A stretch of 64,000 nt of DNA from Balanoglossus misakiensis. Taxonomy: Eukaryota; Animalia; Hemichordata. The DNA is taken from the NCBI GenBank assembly GCA_040954595.2, contig CM082576.2, forward strand, positions 9,365,129 to 9,429,128, read 5' to 3'. Made by a program: the position numbers and the translations under genes. The notes beneath the pieces are model-generated. The model saw nothing but the letters and a program-made list of their open reading frames with translations. It did not search any database and had not been told where the DNA came from. Shown here piece by piece: positions 53,801 to 64,000 of the stretch (the first letter of the stretch is position 1; every line of letters starts with the position of its first letter).

Positions 53801-56800
53801 AAAAATGATATTTCTCTCTCATTTTCATAAAGCTCTGTTCATTACCTATCGAGGCCCACACCTCCCGGACACCTCATTTCACGCCTCCACCGCCGACAGC
53901 TTCACCAGTAGCCGAGCGTGCAAATTTAAAGTTACCTCACAGACTGCCTGAAGTCGGCAAATTAATATCGATTTTCCGATCTGACTTAACGAGTCGGGGA
54001 TCATGATCAGCGTGAATTTGCGAAATAGCTTGGCAAAGATACGGCTTCGTCTGTACTCACGAGTTAAACGCGGCAACTCTGAGGGCAGACACCGCTTTTT
54101 GTTCTCAATTTCCATAAAAATTCGACATTATTCATCGACACTGGTAATAATACTTATTCAAACGGTTTAGCGAAACCACCCGGTCACTTTTTTGAAATAA
54201 AACCTTACTGCGACTTTTTTCATCGCGATTCTTACTGTCTTGAGCACAAATAATTTTTTTTTTTTTAATAAAACATATCACAGATTATATTAAAGTTCAC
54301 CACGTGCGAGACAGGTGACCCTGACTGGAGACAACAGCTCAATGTAACAGACAGACGATAACCAGTCTCGCCTTGCCCACTTGCTGAATGCACGACTTCA
54401 TTGTTCATTCAGCTGGAGTTTGGCCCTTGATTGACGGGTTCAAATTGCTTGCACTTTCTGACTCGACTGCCTATAAATACCTGGGTCGTGACCATGTCAA
54501 CAACACCTGGCAATCGTGTACACAGTTTTCTTCACCACTAGAAACACTGGCACTTGAACGCGTGAATAAAAAAATAGCCGTGTTCACACCAAAATTAATG
54601 TGTGATCTTAATCGTTTGGAAGAAGGCCAAGGTTACTTGTTTCAATTACTTGCTATATTCAAACATTATTCACCAGCGTTCGGCAATTTCTTTAGAGTGC
54701 CCGTTGGGAGACTTTTCCAGGAAAAAAAACACGTTTTTATTCAGCGAAGTAAAGTGCATTTTAGTTTGATCTTCATTACTAAACTTTTTTCCCGGTATGG
54801 TCACGCATTCTTAAAATATAATCGAGTGAATTCGCGTATTCCTGATCTGTCTGGCGACTAGGCACTTTGGCACTTTAGCGCTAATTCGCCAAGATAAAAT
54901 TTCGGGGTTAACGCAAAATTGATAAACGCCGCCAATTCAAATATGCAACCGTGATTGACACAAAGTGGACTGTTCTGGGCGCACAGATTCGACATATTTT
55001 GCTTCCGTCCTCGAACTGAAGATCTGCAGCAAATCGCATTATTTGCGAGATCAGCCGTTTGCATTTATCGGGAACGTGCATCGCCTGACAATGCAGAGTC
55101 GGTCTGCACCCGAGGTCTGAGAAGCCGAAATGAAAAGATCCCTCGGCATGTGTCAGAGGCGGATGTGCGGGAGAATAGTAAGCATGTAAAGAATGGCTGA
55201 TTCCTTGGCCCCGCAAGCTATGGATGCAGCCATAAATATAGTAGGCGGGTGAAAGGGGAGGAAACCGGCCATATAAAGCGGTGCGCACGGGAAACTAGAG
55301 AGGGATGCCACGGCATTATATCACCATTACACCGAGACCTACACCACCTGTTTCGCGGCAATATCAATTTCCATTTGCAGCAATTAGGAAATTACACTTC
55401 ATTATTTACCATTAAGTTATACGCTTCCATTGTCGAAAAAAAAAGGATTTCTAACAAGGTATATGTTTTGTGCTCTCGGGGTGAGTCAAAGCAGAGCCCT
55501 CCGCCTTTCTCCCTGGGAGTAATAATTTCATTATGTCTATAATATTTCCCAGTCCACAAATAGAAACCGATACCTTGATTATTGGAACTGCGCTGGCGGT
55601 CACGGTCCATTTTAATTTGGCGGGTGTAATTATTGCCTTTGATTTTATTATCTTGCAAACTTTGTTTAATGAAGCGAAAGAGACGATCCATCTTACCCTG
55701 CCCATGCACACGTACACACACGGTCAGTTTCCAGTCGCCCTCTACCAGTTTAAAGGCGAACTGGGTTGCCACGGTTATTTACGAGCCTAATTTTAATTCT
55801 CGCGTCGGAAGTATTAGAGTGTACTAAGCTGTTACAAATGTTTCCAGCCGCACAGTGGATGTCAGAATATGAATGGATGGAAGCGATCGTCGAACGGATG
55901 AAAGAGTATATCGGATGCGGTTAATAGCGAAGCCGAGAATCGCGGCCGTTGGAAGTTCGGCATTACGCGTGTTTCAGATTTTTTGTCGTTTTGCCCATAT
56001 CTACAGCCCCATTAACTCCAACCAGCCTTCCGGCTTAATACCTTCATCTACGATTGTGCTAAATCACATTTACGCCATTTTCCAACTTCCTATCCTTTAT
56101 AAATGCTAAGTGTCTGTCTACCCGTGTCTGTTCGTCTGTTCTTCGCACAAACATGCGCCAAGACACAGACACGTATTTATATATACAGGTGACAACAAAC
56201 CCGATGTTTTCGCCAACAATCACTGCAGAAAAATGCTCATTGCTGGCTTGTTATAGTTTGGAAGCGGCCTTGTGTCAATAGCGCTGGTATATTGCAAAAT
56301 AGGCTCAGTGTACGGCATATTTGGATTTACCCACAATTTATTCCACCGATAGGTCACGACACGCTGCACAAATCGATACCTACACAGCCCACATCGCTAA
56401 AAAAATGCAATTTCGAGGTAGTGTTTGAAAATTGGATATTTTATGAATTTCAAAGAAAAAACAGCACTGTAAAAAGAAAAGGCATCATATCACCATTTTC
56501 TTCAGTTTACCAGTGAGATTCGAGTGTTTATACTCATGAAGCCCCTCGCAGAAACGAGTTTTACCTGCGCGAAAAAAAATCTACTTCTAGCTCCCACTGC
56601 GGCGGCGGAGTATCAATATCATAATTGCAAGCGTCCATTTCATGTAATCTAGATTAATGTATCTGGTGTGTCACTTTCACCTGTTGTTAAGTTTGCATCG
56701 CGTACTCGATATTCCCCCCTCAAAAAATTCTCAATTGCACTGGTTTGCAAGCAATCCTTCGATTTTTTTTTAGTGAAGTGCTGGATTCGTCCACTTGAAC

Positions 56801-58241
56801 TGTTTATCTGACGTTTTTCCCACCGCCGACGCGACACAAAAAACGCCAACGCGCCCACGATGTACTGCGGGGATGTTGGACACGGGTTTTCGGCTTGTAT
56901 CATTGAGCATTCATTGTCTGGTGTGGGTGACCGCCTCTATCCCCCCGCAGGGCGACAGAAACAGTTTAACCGGCGGCACCACCACACTATCCGATCTTTC
57001 AACCACAGCCGACGTGGTTCTGACAGTGGGAAATCTTCTTTCAAATGTTTCTTGAAAGGCTGCATAGCCGAGTTCATCAGAAAATCGATAGGATGGCAGA
57101 TATGGAAAGCGGCGCGTGGATATCAGAAAAATTTGTTTTGACGTCTGGATTTTTTTTCATAAGCGCTATCTCAACCACGTGCGTGTGTAAGGGAATTTGA
57201 ATACTCAAAATGCTTAAGTGAGGGTAGGTCGAAATTTCAGGATTTCTTGGGCAATTTCTCCCCCCCCCCCCCCGGCCGCAAATACGTGTCCCTATAGCTT
57301 GAGTGATACAGACAGCCGCGTATATTTTAAGTTGCATGGCAGAGGCAAACACGCAAAGCAAAGTGGAGGAGAACTCGACTGCCCATGTTTCAGTGTTACA
57401 TCGCCATGGCAACCAGTAACGGGAGAACGGGATATTTGAGCGTCTGGAAAAACTGATGGTGTTGCCAAGATCTCGCCGAACAGACGCCAGTTTCGCGCCT
57501 CGGCTCCAGGAAGCTACCCGCGTTTTTCGTTCTCGCTGTCTGTCGGTACAGAAAGCCCGAACAAAAAAATTGAAACGTGATTACTCGCTGGTATTTCGCA
57601 GAAACGACAGGAAATATCGCCTCGGTGGACGGAACAGGAAAGAGACGGCTGTATCAAGAAAAAAATAAAACAATGGAAATCAGGAATTTCACGCACGGAA
57701 TAACTGATGGAAGCATAGGCAGTAGAGGCGAGACTGTATGATTGGAAGTTGTATTTAACTAGCGCCGCATTTACGAATTGAATGGTTTTCCAAGCCATCA
57801 TCATGCAAGAGTTCGTGTGTCTGCCTCTGTTCCGTTTGTTTCCTCCAAATTGAGTTACATCCGGGCTATTCTATGCTTTGAAATCGAGAAACAACGTGAA
57901 CTACTCGCTGTGGAATGTTTACGAACGAGCTATTTTGCACTTCCCGTGAATTCACCAAATCGTTCAATTTTACAGAACGCATATGCTGCAGTTTGGTTTT
58001 ATCCCTAGAGTTTGGGGGTTTGCAGCCGTTGGGGGCAGTGTTTCTGTACCAGCAATAACACGTTTTTGCGTAATTCTTTCGCGTGGGAACCAGAACCAAC
58101 AGTTGGAAAGCACGGTTGTCAAACGATAGTCAGGTGTTAGGAGTTGGTAAACCCCAAAACCAAAAACTCAAGCATTTGTATTTCTATGGTTCTACAAGGC
58201 ATACCTATGGTAACAAATTATCGAGCCAGAATGTGTACACG

Positions 58242-58616
58242 TAGTCTGGTTCCCTGCCCCAATCCCACCGCTGGCTGCGCTACGCTAAAGGGAAAGGGTC
58301 AGGCACGGCCTATTGTAAACATGGCTCTCATTGGTCAATACATACGAAAATTAAGTTGTTAAATTGATAAGTTGTTGTAAGATACTCATTTCCCGTTCTC
58401 TCCTTCACCTCCATGAATGTTTATCATTCGATTTCAAACTTTACAACAAACGAAACAAAATAAACTGCCTGGATGAATCTTGACTGGCATACGGACATTG
58501 GAGGCATCCATCTTGTTTCACACCCAGGTTTCTGGGTGTGAAATCGGGCCGTACCTGACCCCTTTCCCTTTAGCGTAGCGCAGCCAGCGGTGGGATTGGG
58601 GCAGGGAACCAGACTA
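58242..58616. mobile_element. Non-autonomous DNA transposon (MITE), AcademH-like
   Basis: TIRs at 58242-58310 (69 bp) and 58547-58616 (70 bp) differ by one substitution and one indel. Termini are 5'-TAG...CTA-3'. An exact 9-bp direct repeat GTGTACACG flanks both sides (58233-58241 and 58617-58625). No internal ORF. Confidence 0.9.
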
Positions 58617-59367
58617 GTGTACACGGTGCAATGGTGTGGCGCTGGGGGCGCTAATCAGGATAGCCACTTACGGAGCTCTTTCGCTGCGTGGGCAGACTTC
58701 ATCTCGATGCATTCTTTGTAAAGAGGACGCTAAATAACGCCAGGGCATGGTCAGATTGATCCAATCCCCCAATTTATTTGATCTGACGTAAAGAACACGC
58801 TGTGTAAGCCGTCTTAACGAGGAAAGTATCCTTCTTGATTATTACAGTCGCCAAGTGGCTTGAATAATATCACCGAGGCGGTAACCGGTGTAAATACCCA
58901 TACGACACGAATGATCAATACTAAATTAACGTGGCACTCAGACTGTGATCTATGTCGCCATCCGCTACATTTACTCTAATTCCCATAAAGCTTGTTTTGA
59001 TGTAAACTGTGGAAACAGAGTACAGCGATGGAGACAGTCTTGGCGGCATCGTCGACTGGGGAGGGGGGTGGAGGGCGGCAAATCGAATTGTTTGATTGAT
59101 CGATTGGTCGGCATATTGGACTGCACGTCTTTTGTCTGATTCATGTATTGCCTTGCCCTAATTCTCCACAAACCTTTAACGTTCCAGTTCAAATGAACAT
59201 TGAATCTACATATCTGGTATTTGTTCTGAATTCTCGTTTCCCAAGTAACCACAATGAAATGCGGTTCTTGGTCAACTCACACTGCCCAACTATGACTTAA
59301 GGCACACAGAATAAAAAACACCTGGCGAGCATACTCGGTTGGACGGTATTTTGAAAAATAGGACTTC

Positions 59368-59509
59368 TACTGTACTGTACTGTACTGTACTGTACTGTAC
59401 TGTACTGTACTGTACTGTACTGTACTGTACTGTACTGTACTGTACTGTACTGTACTGTACTGTACTGTACTGTACTGTACTGTACTGTACTGTACTGTAC
59501 TGTACTGTA
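59368..59509. repeat. Perfect (TACTG)n pentanucleotide microsatellite, ~28 units
   Basis: Uninterrupted tgtac repeats over 142 bp. These generate the spurious TVQYS/TVLYC ORFs. Confidence 0.99.
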
Positions 59510-60677
59510 TGTGGTTTGGTCATACATCATGTCATTTGTAATAATGACTGTAGTTTATTTGTCAGACGGGTTAATCGCAATATAAATCATGTTGGCATGC
59601 GGAAACACTCGGTACATTATTTTACACTGTAATTGCAAAATTATGAACGTCGGTCGTAAAGATTTCCAGGACCTTTTAAATACCTGTCGGAATCAACAAC
59701 CGGGGTCGGTCGAATCAGTGGAAACACATAAATTAAAACGGCTGACTACTTTGTTGCCTTCGCTCAGTAGATTGCTCAATCGAGACTGTAATTTCTTTAA
59801 GGAATCCCTTCAATTGTAGTAAGGTTATAATGCTTCATATTAATGGTATAGTATTGCACAGATTTGATGCTGGTCTCGATAAATAACAATACGAGTGATG
59901 TCTCTTAGACGTTTATTGCTACGAGGGCACGTCGACAATAGTGCTGGACTTTTACACGCCCCTTCGGTGGTACAGATATTCAATTCCTCTGGCATTAAAA
60001 ATGTGAGCTGTATGTTACATCAGAATGCTCTGCGTGGAGAGCCTGGAACTTTAAGTTGTGACCAAAGAAACTTGCAGGGTTTGCACGTCGGCATCGCAGT
60101 TCTAATGAAACTGCTGAGCTCTGTGCGTATACACGCGTATGCCGTTGTATCTTACGGATTGGGTGAGTGATTTTTGAATGCACCAGCCTTCTGTTATACG
60201 GGCTCGCTCGGCCTTCTGGGAACGCAGTCACTCGGGAATTTTTTTTTAGTTAAAACAGCAATGTTGACTTATTAGTTAAGTCTTTGGAGACTTGTCTGTG
60301 ACCGCTCGAGTGGAAAGAATTTTAAACTGGATTTTTTATAATGAATAGCGGTAGGCCTTTTAAAAACTATCGGGGGTAATGGGGAGGTAAAGTAAATCTC
60401 AGCTAGGCTGTCAATTTGGAACCCACAGCTATTTGGTTTGATTGAAAAATAAAATCCAATTTCCTTCGGAGTTGTTGACGGGAAACGGAGAGAGAGAGGG
60501 GAGACGGAGGGGGAGGGATGGACGGATATTGAAAGAGGGAGATAGGGGCAGATAAGATCGCGTTGAATTTATGAAACCTCATAATGCACGCAAACATTTA
60601 ATGCAAGCGTTCACCTTAAACCTGGCCTGAAAAAGCAACAATTTCGGACGATACACCATCGTCATCGCCATCGCCAT

Positions 60678-60678
60678 C

Positions 60679-60718
<40 letters not shown>
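60678..60718. repeat. (CAA)n microsatellite within a CAT/CGC/CAC-rich tract
   Basis: About 13 CAA units, with degenerate triplets from ~60654 to ~60740. Confidence 0.95.
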
Positions 60719-61805
60719 TCACCAATCTCACCATCGTCGACCAAAACAATAAAACAAGCAACAATCGCAGAGGTGATGCCCGGAGATGGATGCTGTAAAT
60801 CATGCCAATTAAATGACTCATATTTCACGAAATTCGGTCAAAGAAATCCTGATAATTGCATAGTTTTCAGGGATTTGACATATGTCCAGACCCCATCAAG
60901 ATTCCGTCACGCCCGACTGACTCCTTCATCTATTTTTTATCAAACCAAGAAACTTCAGGGAATTTCCCTAATGAATTTTATTAAATATAAGGAAATTACG
61001 CCAATGAGCGGATATTTTATCATATTTCCAGGTAGGAGAGAGTTGCACATCATTCTTATTGTGTGTTGAAATAACAATGGTAGCACTTCTCTCAATTTGT
61101 ACTTGTGCTATTTCTGTATAGATGATGCATTCGCACTACCCGCGTATTACGAATTGTGCTATGGCAACGCTGATGCAATTCACGATAAATAAATGAGATC
61201 CCAGTTATCGACATTAAAAGAAATGAGACTGGGTTTTGTTGGTTTTGTGTGAAACTGCCACGTCTGCGATTAATGGAATTCGTAATCATGCCAGATATGG
61301 CATTGATGATTTTCTATGGGCCTTTGAAACAACTCTACAACTCTTCCTCCCAATTTCTCCTCAAATACCTCCATCGGTTTCATCAGTATGACAACCACGC
61401 GTCAATCAAACAATATCCTCGCAATTGCGCTCAAGTTACGCTCGCGAGTCAAAACAGTACAACGCGCATGTATTCCCATCGTTAGAGAGTGTTGGCCTTT
61501 GTTCGAGCTGGCTTGAGCTGGCTGCTTGAGGTGTTTTGAGGGATTGATCCACAGTATATACAAAAGCCTGAGAAGTGAGCACGTGCGCATACGTACACAA
61601 TTATCATTTGAACTCCCCACCCACCCGCCCGTGCTGTATGAAAGAAATCGAAAAGTTCTTTTCGTGTCTCCTTTGCACGATTCCTCATTTTCTCTGACCC
61701 AGTCTGGAAGTTGAAGCAACACAAAGACAACTCACAAAATTGTAGGAAGTAGTGTGATGGTGATGAAGTGTGTGAGTGCGTGACGATACTGGGTAAAAGA
61801 CTTAC

Positions 61806-62216
61806 CTTTCTTTTGCCAAAAGTGTCGATGCCCTTGCTTGATGGTGTTTCCAGATGATCCCAAGTCTCGTTTGATCCGGTGGACAACTTTGAAAGCTTCG
61901 CATCAGACACGGACAGAAAGTTTTGTCTCTAGCAATCTCGGCAAATGAGACTCCGAATAACGAACGTCAAGGTCCAGCGTGATGACTCCTTCAGGCAGGA
62001 CAGTGGCAGATAATATCCAGAGTGCCTTTCTATCCCGATTTCGTCACTCGTGCGCGTATGGCAATCCGTGAAAGTTGTCGCGTCGATGTGACGAACGTGA
62101 TCTCCAAATCTCACAGAAGAGAGTTTCACTCCTTGTAAAACAGCGTTGATTGGCAGAACAGTTGGAGGGGCTGCTTCCAGCGCATAAAACTTCCTGCTGT
62201 GTCGAAGAGTTAAAAG
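61806..62216 (-). other. Candidate 411-nt non-coding exon (lncRNA or UTR)
   Basis: Strong acceptor tcttttcgtcttttttggcattttcag| (62217-62218) and perfect donor AAG|GTAAGT (61805-61800). All three frames contain stops. Confidence 0.4.
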
Positions 62217-64000
62217 CTGAAAATGCCAAAAAAGACGAAAAGATATTAAAATGCGAGTCACGTTGGATCCAGGGTCAAGCATTGGCTGGGTGACTATTTA
62301 GTGTACGGATTTGCATAATATACAGTGATTCATTAGTGATTTTATTACGTCGACGAGTGAATCTCTGTGACCTTCCGTCATTTCGTTGACAATTTCGAGA
62401 GGGGGCACCAAAGTAAAGCATCATTTTCCTCAAATTTCATAATTTTCAGGTAAATTGGATTTGACGGGCTGTAATCATAATGGAGTAATAATCATGATGC
62501 TGTCGTTTCAACAAGGTAGTCTGATTCTATGTGTTTGGGCTTGTACACGGGAGGGGGGGTCACGTGCTGGTAAGGGAGCTTTCAATAATTATGAGTCGGG
62601 GGTCTTCCACCGACATGGCCCCCTCCCCCGCATGATAGTTTGTCACTACCTCGATAAGACTGCATCCTCGAAACTGAAAAATCGCCGAAGACCAACCTGC
62701 AAATTTGACTTGCCGTTCAGCCTCGTGCACTAATTAATTCTTAGAGGTCACATTTTCGCGGAGACGGGCAATTTTGCGTGAGTCAGGCGGCGTTGTAGCT
62801 GGCTTATTAATTCTCTCGTCATGATAGTGTTTTTAATATTGAGATTCCATTTATAGTTGATGACCAAAATGACCGTTGACTTGGAGGTGGGGAGAAAATC
62901 GAGTGGCTCCACTGGGATTGTAATTAACGTTTGATGTGCCGAAAGTACAAATGTGTCATGATAAAAGGGAATATTGACTAGCCGAGCGTGAGCAGTCAAG
63001 CTGGCGTGAACACCCAAATGCATCACACCGTTGGATGTTCCCGCGCTCGCCGCGAACACGCCAAACGAAACGTGTCCAAGTCGGTGTCTCCAGTTGCACC
63101 AAGCATGCTACAAATCAATGCGTCTTCATTTAAATGTACCCTTTGTTTCTCTGTCCTGGAAGAAACATTACTTAATTTGGCGGTATATAGTGATAAAACA
63201 CGAAACTTATACATGATAATTGTAACGGTTGATTGACAGAATAAATATTTGCAGAAAATTGAATACCGAGATTTGAAGATTAAGTTCGGCCTTTTGAGTA
63301 CATTGTTCATGCATTTCACATTAATGTGGGGGGGGGGGTATTGAATAAATCAGAAAGACGGTAGCAGAATCAAGAATGATAAGGTAGTCATGGAGATGAT
63401 GCTGCGTGGCTCGGGGGAAGAAACGATAACGACCACCGCCCCCAATATTGAAGAAAGGCACTGAACAGCTTCGCCAGATAATGGATATGAAGCTTTGTCA
63501 ACAACGATTTTCGGCTGACTGGGAATTATTCAGGGTCAGTGAGTCCAAGTCTGGTTTTTCGTATTGATATTTGGAGAATGTCGGTATTTTCGCGCGCCTT
63601 CCCGGTGATCTGAAGTAAAAAGCAACAAAACACGCCTAATATTCCTTTTAGGACAAAAAAGCAAAACGGAGATATAGAAACCACGCGGATTTTGGAGAAC
63701 ACGGTGGTTTATTGGTAGTTCCTCTGGCTCTGCTAAGTCTATTATGAAGACCGTTTTGAGTACCGAATTTCAGGAAAAAATAGTGTGCGAGACAACAAGC
63801 AGACTCGGGTCACTGCCTAGGTAGAAATCGAAGCGACGGACCCCCGGGGGGAGCAGAAGAAAGTCGGCATCGCTTTGGTAGACACACCTCAGTGGGCGAG
63901 ACGCCCCTCGCTGGTGTCAGCGGTGCGTTATTGATAACACGCCGGGCGTATTATGTCACATTGTGCCGTTGTTGCGAGAAAAAAAAGCGAGTCGACTTTA

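Noticed and set aside
54427-54489. LIDGFKLLALSDSTAYKYLGR, resembling the YKYLG motif at the end of non-LTR reverse transcriptases
   Set aside because: No upstream RT motifs (YADD/FADD etc.), and an in-frame stop lies just before the ORF. The DNA is equally explained by a TATAAATA box at 54472. An HMM search would be needed to revive it.
59290-59632. ORFs with TVQYS/TVLYC repeats
   Set aside because: These are translations of the (TACTG)n microsatellite.
1-64000. Prokaryotic-type systems (CRISPR arrays, operons, defence islands)
   Set aside because: The DNA is eukaryotic and non-coding. There are no regularly spaced repeat-spacer arrays and no gene-dense ORF structure.

Overview
This is eukaryotic, almost entirely non-coding DNA. 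It is moderately AT-rich with no obvious CpG depletion, and has many G/C homopolymer tracts and microsatellites. The repeat style suggests a marine invertebrate deuterostome (hemichordate- or echinoderm-like), which is an inference. None of the ORFs in the six-frame track (longest 172 aa) resembles a protein family I recognise, and I see no rRNA, intact tRNA or CRISPR array. The best-supported features are: (i) a 375-bp non-autonomous TAG...CTA DNA transposon with ~70-bp TIRs and a perfect 9-bp TSD (AcademH-like) at 58242-58616; (ii) a near-perfect 181-bp palindrome (88/89-bp arms, 4-nt loop) at 19255-19435; (iii) a tRNA-derived SINE-like relic near 9.8-10.0 kb; and (iv) several microsatellites and small tandem duplications. 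More tentative are a CCAAT/GC-box promoter near 4.02-4.10 kb flanked by divergent consensus splice donors, a chain of apparently non-coding minus-strand exons running off the left edge, a well-bounded non-coding minus-strand exon at 61806-62216, and dispersed TF-motif clusters (RFX X-boxes, Staf/ZNF143, octamer, homeodomain, C5G5). Overall the window looks like a gene-desert or intronic regulatory landscape. I cannot support a claim of a new biological system from the sequence alone.
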